A stretch of DNA of 26,810 bases from Candidatus Heimdallarchaeota archaeon (GCA_019057635.1 DXJL01000057.1:1-26810); one strand, 5' to 3'; positions 9,464-18,297 are shown, numbered from the stretch's first letter. The notes: generated by a model not told the origin, from the sequence alone. Made by a program: numbers and translations.

Positions 9464-10894
9464 ATGCAAGAAGTTCTGTTTGGTAAAATTGTGGACCTAA
9501 AGGAGGCCGGGAAGGACGCTAAGGATGTCAAATGGCAGACTAAAGGGATGAAAAAGCAGATTGAGAAAGCAGGAATAAGAAAGAAAGGGTTATTCTTACC
9601 TTTAGATGGAGAAGACGTTACAAGGGAGAATGTTGATTTAGTTAAGGAGTTCATGCCAGAAATACGATTATCAGGATTGGAATTACGATCTGAACGTAAA
9701 AGTAAAGCATGGGGAGGTTCTTACTTCCGTGTGATTGATGAAATGAATAATCCAGCTCATAAATGCATTCAACATGTCTATGTGTGGACAAAACAACGTT
9801 TTTTTATTTCTTTCTGGGTGACTGTATTACCTCTGTTTATTCTTGGTATTATAGGCACTTTGATCTATTCTTATTTGTCATATCAGTCAGCAGTTATTAG
9901 TATAATATTAATTGGAGCATTATTTTTCATGCTTGGTGCTGTTCAATTATTAAAAGCTTTTAGGGGAATATCTAAAGGTGCCTTCTATTTTAGTAACCAA
10001 CATCTCTTTGTTGTCTTTGGTCTTGTGATGTGGACACTACTCATTGAAATGTTTATGACCAAACCAACCAATGAAGTCATTAAAGGAGCTGATACTTGGC
10101 ATCCTGAGATCATTGGATCTGATATCATTGAAGAATTTGTAACAAAAGAATACCCCTTACGATTTAGTTTTGTGGCCGCGATTTTCATAATGGCAGGAGT
10201 GATTGCGTTGTATTTCTGGGTGCGTGAACCACCTTCATTTACTCATGCTACACATGCTATGGATTGGGCTCCCTTTTTCGTGTATATTCACAAAAAGGGT
10301 TCTGAATGGGAAATCGAGAAGGTAAAATACGACTCTTTTCATTACTATGCAGGAACTCAGACACTTGCCGATTTAAAGAAAATAAAAGCTGTATCTAAAG
10401 ACGGAAAACATCCACGCTTTTCCATTCCAAACTTTTGGCATTCGTTTGAACCCCGAATCTCAAGAGCTCCGTGGCTTACGGTAATATTTGGGTTATTTCT
10501 CTTCTTTGTTGCGCTAGTACTCGCGTTACTTTCCTTTAAACAAGGTGAAGGGGCTATAAATGCGACTACTATTAGATTCGTCATTGTACCTTTGCTACTC
10601 TTCCTTGGTGCGTATCTAGCTTTTTCAAAATGGCCAACAAATTTGGTGGATAAGAATATAGATACAAGCGATTCAATATATCATATTACTGATTCCAAAC
10701 TCAACATTTTTTGGAATCTAAAAGGGGAAGAACCATCATTTAAGGTACGCTCAAAATTTCAGGATCCATTTATGGAAGATGAACATTTTAGCTCTTTCCG
10801 CGACGATCTAGAACAGATAATGTTATATTCGGTCCTCCCTAAGATCAGAGAACTGGAACAACTATCTCAAGAGAGTTTCTTCAAGAAGCTTTAA
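9464..10894 (+). CDS. Six-TM membrane protein with split NPP1/Vps62-like soluble domain
   Basis: 476 aa with a GGTGA SD. TM blocks of 4 and 2 helices. Soluble motifs IQHVYVWTKQ, HAMDWAPFFVYI, VKYDSFHY, HPRFSIPNFWHSF. The CDS is secure; the family call is inference. Confidence 0.7.
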   Translation: MQEVLFGKIVDLKEAGKDAKDVKWQTKGMKKQIEKAGIRKKGLFLPLDGEDVTRENVDLVKEFMPEIRLSGLELRSERKSKAWGGSYFRVIDEMNNPAHKCIQHVYVWTKQRFFISFWVTVLPLFILGIIGTLIYSYLSYQSAVISIILIGALFFMLGAVQLLKAFRGISKGAFYFSNQHLFVVFGLVMWTLLIEMFMTKPTNEVIKGADTWHPEIIGSDIIEEFVTKEYPLRFSFVAAIFIMAGVIALYFWVREPPSFTHATHAMDWAPFFVYIHKKGSEWEIEKVKYDSFHYYAGTQTLADLKKIKAVSKDGKHPRFSIPNFWHSFEPRISRAPWLTVIFGLFLFFVALVLALLSFKQGEGAINATTIRFVIVPLLLFLGAYLAFSKWPTNLVDKNIDTSDSIYHITDSKLNIFWNLKGEEPSFKVRSKFQDPFMEDEHFSSFRDDLEQIMLYSVLPKIRELEQLSQESFFKKL

Positions 10895-10923
10895 CTTTTT
10901 CATCTCTTCTCTCTTCTTTTTTT
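10895..10923 (+). terminator. Oligo-T terminator
   Basis: CTTTTTCATCTCTTCTCTCTTCTTTTTTT right after the stop. Confidence 0.55.
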
Positions 10924-11038
10924 GATATAATCTGCTCTAAGTGTTCCTAGGTTGACTGGATCTCTTTTTAATCACTGTGATAATTTCAGCATATATTAGC
11001 TTTATCTCTTATATTCGCATGGAGTAGGTGGTTTTCAA

Positions 11039-12373
11039 TTGTTTTTAAAGGAAGAGTTGACTAAATATATTGCTTCCCATCCAAACTCTAAGAAAATGTG
11101 GGATCGGTCGAATAACGTTCTTGCTGGGGGAGTGTCCCATAATATACGGAATCTAAATCTTCCTCTTATAGGAGCTTTCCCTCCGTTTATACAGGAGGGA
11201 CATGGAGCGATTGTGACAGATATCGATGATAATAGATATGATGATTATTGGGGAGCCCATTATGCCATGATAACAGGTTATTCCAATCCCACAATCCAGA
11301 AAAAAGTTGAACAACAGCTGGAGAACACATGGCACTTAGGAACTGTTCTGGAGTATCAAGTCCTGTTGGCAGAGAAGCTAATTGAAGATAATACAAGTTT
11401 AGAAAACATAAGGTTTTGTACAAGTGGTACAGAAGCTACTATGTATGCAACTCGATTGGCTCGTGCATTTACTGGCAAGAAAAAAGTTGCAAAAGCTAAA
11501 TTTGGTTGGCATGGAGCAGCAGATACCTTATTCTATGACGTACGTGCACCATTAACGGGAAAAGAAACCCGAGGAATTTTAGATGATAAAGAGGCTGGAG
11601 TGATATCAATAGATATTAACGACCAAGCTGTTGTAGAGATTTTAAAACAACACAAGAACGACTTAGCTGCTGTCATTGTCGAACCCGTGCAGGGAGGTGG
11701 AGGTGGATTTCCTCTTGAACCTGAATTTTTACAGCTGCTTCGGGAAGAAACAGAACGTCATAATATTCTTTTAATCTTTGATGAAATAATTACAGGTTAT
11801 CGATTCTGTAATTCATTGTACCAAAATGAATTAGGAGTGTACCCTGACCTTACCACAATGGGAAAAATTATTGGTGGTGGATTTCCGATCGGTGCTATTG
11901 GTGGAAGACATGATATTGTTGAGCAGGCGAATCCAACATTACACGACCGTGTTTGGATTGGTGGTGGAACCTTTTCTAGCTACCCTCTTTCAATGATCGC
12001 AGGTTTAGAAATGCTCAATGTCCTGAAAACTTCTTCAGAACAATATAAACGGATAAATAAACTTGGTACATCGCTTATTATGAATTTAAATCAGTTCTTC
12101 ATGGAAGAACAGTTCTCTTACTTAGCAATAGGTCACAAATCACTTGTTACACTTCATTCACTTTCAAAAGTATTAGATGGGTCTGACCCTGCTGAAATTG
12201 TTCATTTTAGTAACAAGAAAAAAGAGGCCTTGACACAATTAGCCTTGCTAAATCGACATATTACTGGTATGCATGGTGTTGGTGCTTTATCCTTTGCTCA
12301 TACAGAAAAACAATTACAATATTTACAACAGGTAATTGAGACAATTACACCTCAAATCTTAAAAGAGAATTAA
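11039..12373 (+). CDS. Class III PLP aminotransferase, glutamate-1-semialdehyde aminomutase (HemL)-like
   Basis: TTG start with GGAG/GGTGG SD. FCTSGTEATM, GWHG, IVEPV, LIFDEIITGYR, PDLTTMGKIIGGGFPIGAIGG (PLP Lys), GGTFS. No heme genes nearby, so the hemL function is not asserted. Confidence 0.85.
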   Translation: MFLKEELTKYIASHPNSKKMWDRSNNVLAGGVSHNIRNLNLPLIGAFPPFIQEGHGAIVTDIDDNRYDDYWGAHYAMITGYSNPTIQKKVEQQLENTWHLGTVLEYQVLLAEKLIEDNTSLENIRFCTSGTEATMYATRLARAFTGKKKVAKAKFGWHGAADTLFYDVRAPLTGKETRGILDDKEAGVISIDINDQAVVEILKQHKNDLAAVIVEPVQGGGGGFPLEPEFLQLLREETERHNILLIFDEIITGYRFCNSLYQNELGVYPDLTTMGKIIGGGFPIGAIGGRHDIVEQANPTLHDRVWIGGGTFSSYPLSMIAGLEMLNVLKTSSEQYKRINKLGTSLIMNLNQFFMEEQFSYLAIGHKSLVTLHSLSKVLDGSDPAEIVHFSNKKKEALTQLALLNRHITGMHGVGALSFAHTEKQLQYLQQVIETITPQILKEN

Positions 12374-12392
12374 TTAGTATTTGTAGTAAAAA

Positions 12393-12773
12393 TTAAGATA
12401 ATTCAATGCGTTTGACTAGCATTGAAATTAGTTCATTTTTTGTTACTAAACTGATATCTAACTCTTTTGCAAGCTTTTTTGCTGCTGAAGAAAAGCCCAT
12501 GGATGAAACAACAATTAATTTTGAAATTTCTGGACAAGTTACAATGAGCTCTTCAACAGACCTTATCTGTCTAATACCCACGACTCGTTTGAAGTCTCTT
12601 ATCGCAACTCCGACAAAATCAGTTGAATTCGGTAATTTGACTACTAAATTCAAGCGAGAGTCTACCAGAGGGTGTTGAAATATTAAAGCAGGATGATGTG
12701 TGGAAAATCCAAGTGATTCAAAAACTGTAACAGTTAGCTCTTGGAGGTTATCTGATAAAATGTTCATCGTCAT
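12393..12773 (-). CDS. Mrr_cat-like restriction-endonuclease-fold protein, degenerate active site
   Basis: LQEL...FESLGF, VGIRQIR, LIVVSSMGFSSAAKKLAKELDISLVTKNEL match the Mrr_cat pattern. The expected ID and (Q/E)xK are replaced by LN and AIR. Confidence 0.75.
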   Translation of the reverse strand: MTMNILSDNLQELTVTVFESLGFSTHHPALIFQHPLVDSRLNLVVKLPNSTDFVGVAIRDFKRVVGIRQIRSVEELIVTCPEISKLIVVSSMGFSSAAKKLAKELDISLVTKNELISMLVKRIELS

Positions 12774-12840
12774 AATCTATTTCTCACATAAAGGATTAAC
12801 TTCAGATAATTCACTGATTTCTTATTTATAATATCGTATA

Positions 12841-12868
12841 ATATGTCAGTAATCTACTGACTACATAT
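12841..12868. promoter_or_regulatory. Inverted repeat, candidate operator
   Basis: GTCAGTA-ATC-TACTGAC at 12845-12861, extendable by ATAT...ATAT, next to a TTTATAAT box at about 12825-12832. Confidence 0.4.
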
Positions 12869-13140
12869 GTACGATTCACAGAAGAGAATAAATCGTGTTC
12901 TGCCTGAAAGGATTCGACAAAAAAAGATAAATAAGAATAATTTTCCGACATAATCCTCCCTAGTTCAAATTATCAATGCTTCGCAAAGATATTATTAATC
13001 TAGAACTTTTCATTGAAATCCGAAAAATCGAAATATCTTTCTTATAACCTAAGTAGGTCTTTCGTAATCTGAGAGATTTCAACGAAGTAGGGATTATTTA
13101 CACAATGGTAACCTTCTAAACACCTAGTAGATGACGTAAA

Positions 13141-14193
13141 ATGGTTTTAAAAGCTTCTGCGCCTGGTAGAATAGTACTTTTCGGAGAACATCAGGATTAT
13201 TTAGGTTTACCAGTAATCCCAGCAGCTATTGATTTACAAATCGAAGTTAGTGGTCAGAAAGCTCAAGGTTCGCGTATTTCAATATTACTAGATGATTTAG
13301 GATATGTAGAATCATTTACCCCATCAATGGAAAGTCCTCTTACAGAACGGGCTTATCTTCAGTCAAGCGTTCGTGTTCTTCAACGAGAGGGAATTCTTCC
13401 CCACAAAATTGGGATAAATGCTCAGATTCAGAGTGAAATTCCAATTCAGGCAGGTTTGTCGTCTTCCAGTGCTTTGGTCGTCGTCTGGCTCAAATTTTTG
13501 TCCGAGCTATTTGATCACTCATTGTCTCCAATGGAACTGACTAAATTCGCTTATCAAGCAGAAGTCGGAGAATTTAATGAACCTGGAGGGATGCAGGATC
13601 ATATGGTGATTGCTCACGGTTTTGTTAATTATGAGGAATTCAATCCTATTCGGTGTACAAAGCTTTTGGAATCATTCCCTAGCTTATTGATTGGGGATTC
13701 ACAAGAAAAAAAGGATACTCTGACTACATTAGCAATGATCAAACAAGGCGTTAATAGTGCTCTTCATGAGCTTGGATCAAACAGTATTATGGATATTGAT
13801 AAGTCAAAATTTAATCCTGAAGAAATCAGTGATGCTCATGCTCGATCCTGTATAACAGCTGCAGTACAGAACTTTAATATTACTAAAAGTGCCTACGATG
13901 AATTTAAGACAAACAAAGGAAATTTTAACTATCAAATTATTGGAGATCTAATTAATTCTCATCACACATCGCTCAGGGATCTTCTTCACATTAGTACACC
14001 AAAGATTGAAACGATGATTAAGGCTGCTAAAGAAGCAGGCGCATTAGGATGCAAAATAACGGGGAGTGGAAATGGAGGATGTATGATTGCTTTTTGTCCA
14101 GGGTGTGAGAAAGAAGTACAACTAGCTATTGAGCTCTCCGGGGGAGTGGTTTATTCTGGTCGTGTTGTTCCCGGAGCTAGAATAAAAAAATAG
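13141..14193 (+). CDS. galK: Galactokinase-like GHMP kinase
   Basis: APGRIVLFGEHQDY, PAAID, IPIQAGLSSSSA, GMQD and GCKITGSGNGGC. Sugar specificity is uncertain. Confidence 0.7.
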   Translation: MVLKASAPGRIVLFGEHQDYLGLPVIPAAIDLQIEVSGQKAQGSRISILLDDLGYVESFTPSMESPLTERAYLQSSVRVLQREGILPHKIGINAQIQSEIPIQAGLSSSSALVVVWLKFLSELFDHSLSPMELTKFAYQAEVGEFNEPGGMQDHMVIAHGFVNYEEFNPIRCTKLLESFPSLLIGDSQEKKDTLTTLAMIKQGVNSALHELGSNSIMDIDKSKFNPEEISDAHARSCITAAVQNFNITKSAYDEFKTNKGNFNYQIIGDLINSHHTSLRDLLHISTPKIETMIKAAKEAGALGCKITGSGNGGCMIAFCPGCEKEVQLAIELSGGVVYSGRVVPGARIKK

Positions 14194-14210
14194 AACAGGA
14201 GTATAGAATT

Positions 14211-15008
14211 ATGTTAACAACTGCACTAAAATATAAAATTACTCAAGCAATTTCTCCTCTCGTTGGTAAAGCTGTTCTTATTGCTTTTTCGGGAGGGGTT
14301 GATAGTACTGTCGTTGCTAGAATTATACAAGACGTTACTAGCAATCTTAAACTTATTACGGTCACTTCTGAGTGGATATCAAGGCAGGAAATAGAGGAAG
14401 CAAAGGAAATTGCGAACCAACTGGATCTCCCCCATGAAGTGTTAAAAGTAAAGGTGGATAAGGAGCATATTTTCTGGAAAAACCCTCCTGATCGTTGTTT
14501 TCATTGTAAGAAATTAATTTTTTCACAATTACATGATTTAGCGATGAGAGAAGGCTATGAAATTGTTGTTGATGGAACTAACGCCTCTGATACAGATGGT
14601 CATAGGCCAGGACTGAAAGCTCTTGAAACTTTATCTGTTTACAGTCCCTTACGCCAAGGTGGACTTGCTAAAAGAGAGGTTCGGCAAATTGCAGCTTTTT
14701 ATAAATTATCCGTGGCGAAGAAACCTGCAATGGCGTGTCTTGCTTCAAGAATACCATATGGAGAAGATATATCGATTAAAGGTTTAATACGAGTAGAAAA
14801 AGCTGAAACCTTCCTACGGACATTAAACTTGTCTTCCCAGCTAAGGATACGTGATCATGGAAACATTGCGCGCATTGAGTTAGCCCCAGAGTCGATTAAA
14901 GATATCTGTACAAAAGATATCACCTTGATCGTACAGGAGTTGAAAAAATTAGGTTATCGATATGTCACCCTTGATCTGGAGGGTTATCGACCGATTACAC
15001 CTGACTAG
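14211..15008 (+). CDS. larE: ATP-dependent sulfur transferase LarE (nickel-pincer nucleotide biosynthesis, PP-loop)
   Basis: AFSGGVDS, NPPDRCFHCK, DGTNASD..GHRPG, ACLASRIPYG, RIRDHG..ARIE and GYRYVTLDLEGYR. Confidence 0.92.
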   Translation: MLTTALKYKITQAISPLVGKAVLIAFSGGVDSTVVARIIQDVTSNLKLITVTSEWISRQEIEEAKEIANQLDLPHEVLKVKVDKEHIFWKNPPDRCFHCKKLIFSQLHDLAMREGYEIVVDGTNASDTDGHRPGLKALETLSVYSPLRQGGLAKREVRQIAAFYKLSVAKKPAMACLASRIPYGEDISIKGLIRVEKAETFLRTLNLSSQLRIRDHGNIARIELAPESIKDICTKDITLIVQELKKLGYRYVTLDLEGYRPITPD

Positions 15009-15068
15009 AATATAAAGAGATTTATTCTGATCATAATTGAATCTAGTCAATGGATGATATCTTAATGA

Positions 15069-15440
15069 GGAATCTGTAAACTCTCTCCGACTTTTATTAG
15101 ATATGAAACTGAGGAAAATTTTGATAAGATTTCGGATTGTTTTTGGGTACAATGGAGTGGAATAATCAATTCGAGGTGTTCGAGGATTTCCACTTCTTTA
15201 AACCCATGAAGCCCACCTCAAATACCGTGGATTTTACTTAAACTACGAACACTATTCAAAAATTGGGTTGGAGACGGGTGACTACATCCTGTTGCGATTG
15301 AAACTCGTTCATTGGACAACTGGAGAAATAGTGAATGTTCTTTAGTATTCTCACCCATTACTCCTGACAACCATATTTCTTTAGCTATTACATTTGATGA
15401 TGAAGAATCGATGTGTACGAAAAATCTAAAGAATATCTAA
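15069..15440 (+). pseudogene. Possible gene remnant
   Basis: One + frame runs about 123 codons with no TAA/TAG and only two TGA codons (15207, 15279). It has no usable start codon and no recognisable family. Confidence 0.25.
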
Positions 15441-15502
15441 TAATTAGACTCTCAACTGTCGAATTATCTTTTGAATGACATAGTATAACGTGGAGAGCAG
15501 TT

Positions 15503-15964
15503 ATGAGAATCGATGAGAGTAAATATCCATTTAAATGGATGCCACGAATCGTTGAGGCGTTTAAAGGCATTGATAAAGGTCTCTCCTCCTTTCAAATTGC
15601 TCGAACGATTGGGTCTTGCAGTCCAGATGCAAGTGAAGCACTTAAATTGATGGTTTATCTAACTTCCTTTGGAAAGGTCGTTGAATCCGATGGAAAATGG
15701 AAAATTATTGGTTCTCCATTTGACCTAGAACATAATCAATCAAGAATTCGAATTAATTATATTAAAGGACTTGACCAATTAATTCAAAATCTTTCCAATG
15801 ATTTTGTCCCAATCGAAGAATTAACAACGATTAATGGACGGGATACAGCAGAAATTCAAAAGGAGCTTGAATTCTTATCTCAGATAACAAAAAAAGGGCA
15901 AGTTTTCATAGAACGAAAACGATTTCCACAGAAATTTGCGTTTAAGCCTTGGGAGATAACATAA
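15503..15964 (+). CDS. Tandem winged-helix domain protein
   Basis: Two similar wHTH units: LSSFQIARTIG...LKLMVYLTSFGKVVESDGKW and VPIEELTTING...LEFLSQITKKGQVFIE. GTGGAG SD. Confidence 0.7.
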   Translation: MRIDESKYPFKWMPRIVEAFKGIDKGLSSFQIARTIGSCSPDASEALKLMVYLTSFGKVVESDGKWKIIGSPFDLEHNQSRIRINYIKGLDQLIQNLSNDFVPIEELTTINGRDTAEIQKELEFLSQITKKGQVFIERKRFPQKFAFKPWEIT

Positions 15965-15981
15965 TTTTAATTTTCTTGCGT

Positions 15982-18297
15982 TTAAAGCAAATTAATATTT
16001 TTGCCATCAAATGAAATCAAGCCGCGTATGGCAAGCATTTTTAGAATCGGGTTTAATTCTTGCTCATTACGATTAAGAAGCATGCAGAGACGATCAGTAG
16101 TCATAGTAGGATTAAATTTTAGAATGGTGACAATTGCTTCAACCACTTCAGAGGATTCAGAGGTATAACCCGTTCTACGAACACCGGATTCCTGAGAGGA
16201 CTGTAACTGAGCGAATACTGATTGAAAAATTGTTATTCGACTCAAACATTCCTCAAAGATGAAAGATAATGCTTGATTTCTGCTTACAGTCTGTGAACCT
16301 AAGACTAGATCTCCAGCAGATGCCAGGTCTAGTAATTTCTTCGTAGCAAGTAAAGCTTGATTTGAAAGAAAATCAATGTAATAGAGACCTCCATATTCGG
16401 TTAAAGATTCAGCAAGGTCTAAAGACTTTGTTGCCGTCCTTTGCAGAGACAATTCTTCATCTCTGAGAATGAAGGCATAACGAATATTCCCTTTCACTAA
16501 TTTCTTCAAACGACGCAGGCTTTGAAATACAGTAGAACCATGTTCACTGTTATTGATTTCAATGCCCACTGAAGTTGGCCCACGAGGAGTTTGATATGTA
16601 AATACAAGGTCCAGTCCTTTGGTATCTTTCTCAACAAGATTCCGATCGATGCGCACGTTCAATAGATTGATTCCATAAATCGGACGCTTTTTCTCTATGG
16701 CTGCGTTTAAGATTTCATAAAGAACTCCCTTACAGAAATCTCGGCGAACTGGATGGGGAAAAGCAAATATTTCCATTTCAAATTCTTGAGCATATTTAGC
16801 CCATTTTGATTCCAGGAAAGATATTATTTCAGTCGGCGTTGATGAAGAAGGTATTACTGGGGCCAGTTCATCTAAAACTTCTAATGCTTCTTCTGCTCTT
16901 GTAGCAATTGGAGCTGGTTCGACTGACATCAAATCTGGTTCAATGAATAATTCTGCTAGAGCTTCTTTTTCTACTGTAGATAAGGATTGGAAAGCACTTA
17001 CGCTATCTTGAGAAAGTGAAGAAGAAGCAGCTGCCGAGACAACTTCATCTGGAGTCATAGGGGGAACCCCAGCAACAGCTTCTTTTTGAAGTTCAGTTGT
17101 GATATCTACCGCTGTAAGTTCTCGGATTTCACCTTGATCTTTAAATTCGTTTATTCGATCCCTTAAATGTCGAAGGAATAATCGTGGATTTCCATCGGTT
17201 TTATCAGCGATTTCAGCAATAAAATCATCTTTAAAGGGGTAGGTAGCATACGGAGGGATAACTCCCGAATCTAAAAACATAGTATCAAAACGTGCTTTAA
17301 CTAAAGCCACGGCATTTTTGTGTGACAACCGTTCTAGACGTGTGATATAATCAATACGCTGACGGGCATATTCTGGGACTTCTTTGGTGATGGATTCATT
17401 CCAAACAAGTGATTGACACATAGCAAGAACAAGAAGATGCCGACATTGGTTATACAGGTTAGTTAATGAATCAAATAAAAGTTGAATGCCATTATCGCGT
17501 TTAAAGCGAATATATATTGACTCTAATTGGTCAAATGAAAGTAAGATAGGTCTTTGAGCGAGTGAGGCTATTGTTTGAATGATTGATAATGCTCGATTCT
17601 CGGAATTAATCGAATGAGGAACTTCTAATCTATCCAAGTCTTTTTGGGAAACTTCTATCCCAGATAACCACTTGAAAGCTGTAGCACGCATGGTGGGGTT
17701 CAAAACATGGAACAGAACTTCCAAAAATTGTATATCGATGTCGGGAGCGGAAGAAGCGAGATAATTGATAGCCATTTTCCTCAGATTTGAGGAATAGAAC
17801 CGTTCGGGCTTATAAGAAAAGATTTTCATCGGATCTTGATCAAAGCTGGAGGCTAGATGTTGCGCTGAAGGATTATCTGGTAGCCCATCGCTTAACGCGC
17901 GTGAAATAACATCGCCAATGAAATGTTCTAATGGGCTGTATTGATCCTCTTCATCCTTTTTTCTAAGAGATATCATCAATTCTTGGAGAATATGACCATA
18001 AATTCTGGTTAAATCTCCAAGAGGTCGTACACTCACAAATAAATATTTATTTTTTTCAGCAATGCGACGTAAACGCGCAAGAATATGTGTTTTACCCACT
18101 CCAGCATCCCCTAAAATCATACACATACCTGATCGGCCTGTGGAACGTACTTCATCTAGAGTTTCCAGTACAATACGAGTTGCTTTCCCGTTGTACTCAG
18201 GAACATCAATTACATCCGCCTGCCAAGGATCTCCGATTGAGGTGCTCCTGAATGGATTTACTTTTCCAAGGATGATCGCATCAAATATTTCAGCCAC
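15982..18297 (-). CDS. AAA+ P-loop ATPase (Orc1/Cdc6-STAND-like) with PD-(D/E)XK-like and C-terminal winged-helix domains
   Basis: GTG start. NPF motif, Walker A GDAGVGKT, Walker B ILLSFDQLE, ARQRI Arg finger, GNPR sensor-2. Then an acidic A/S/P linker, GLDLVF...VGIEIN and a terminal wHTH. Confidence 0.8.
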   Translation of the reverse strand: MAEIFDAIILGKVNPFRSTSIGDPWQADVIDVPEYNGKATRIVLETLDEVRSTGRSGMCMILGDAGVGKTHILARLRRIAEKNKYLFVSVRPLGDLTRIYGHILQELMISLRKKDEEDQYSPLEHFIGDVISRALSDGLPDNPSAQHLASSFDQDPMKIFSYKPERFYSSNLRKMAINYLASSAPDIDIQFLEVLFHVLNPTMRATAFKWLSGIEVSQKDLDRLEVPHSINSENRALSIIQTIASLAQRPILLSFDQLESIYIRFKRDNGIQLLFDSLTNLYNQCRHLLVLAMCQSLVWNESITKEVPEYARQRIDYITRLERLSHKNAVALVKARFDTMFLDSGVIPPYATYPFKDDFIAEIADKTDGNPRLFLRHLRDRINEFKDQGEIRELTAVDITTELQKEAVAGVPPMTPDEVVSAAASSSLSQDSVSAFQSLSTVEKEALAELFIEPDLMSVEPAPIATRAEEALEVLDELAPVIPSSSTPTEIISFLESKWAKYAQEFEMEIFAFPHPVRRDFCKGVLYEILNAAIEKKRPIYGINLLNVRIDRNLVEKDTKGLDLVFTYQTPRGPTSVGIEINNSEHGSTVFQSLRRLKKLVKGNIRYAFILRDEELSLQRTATKSLDLAESLTEYGGLYYIDFLSNQALLATKKLLDLASAGDLVLGSQTVSRNQALSFIFEECLSRITIFQSVFAQLQSSQESGVRRTGYTSESSEVVEAIVTILKFNPTMTTDRLCMLLNRNEQELNPILKMLAIRGLISFDGKNINLL

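Noticed and set aside
3503-11423. Short ORFs (60-109 aa) nested in or antisense to the acylase, the 4-TM gene, glnA, the deaminase, the membrane protein and the aminotransferase
   Set aside because: They overlap confident CDSs almost entirely and have no recognisable features.
11039-12373. Assignment as bona fide hemL
   Set aside because: The family is clear, but there is no tetrapyrrole gene context and the C-terminus is divergent. HemL-like paralogues are common in archaea.
12826-12951. 41-aa minus-strand ORF (MSENYSYLSFF...) preceded by GGGAGG
   Set aside because: The SD is only 3 nt from the ATG, the ORF runs through the putative operator and TATA region, and it has no motif. Not excluded, but unsupported.
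15069-15480. Selenoprotein interpretation of the in-frame TGA codons
   Set aside because: No redox-motif context (such as UxxC), no start codon and no convincing SECIS hairpin.
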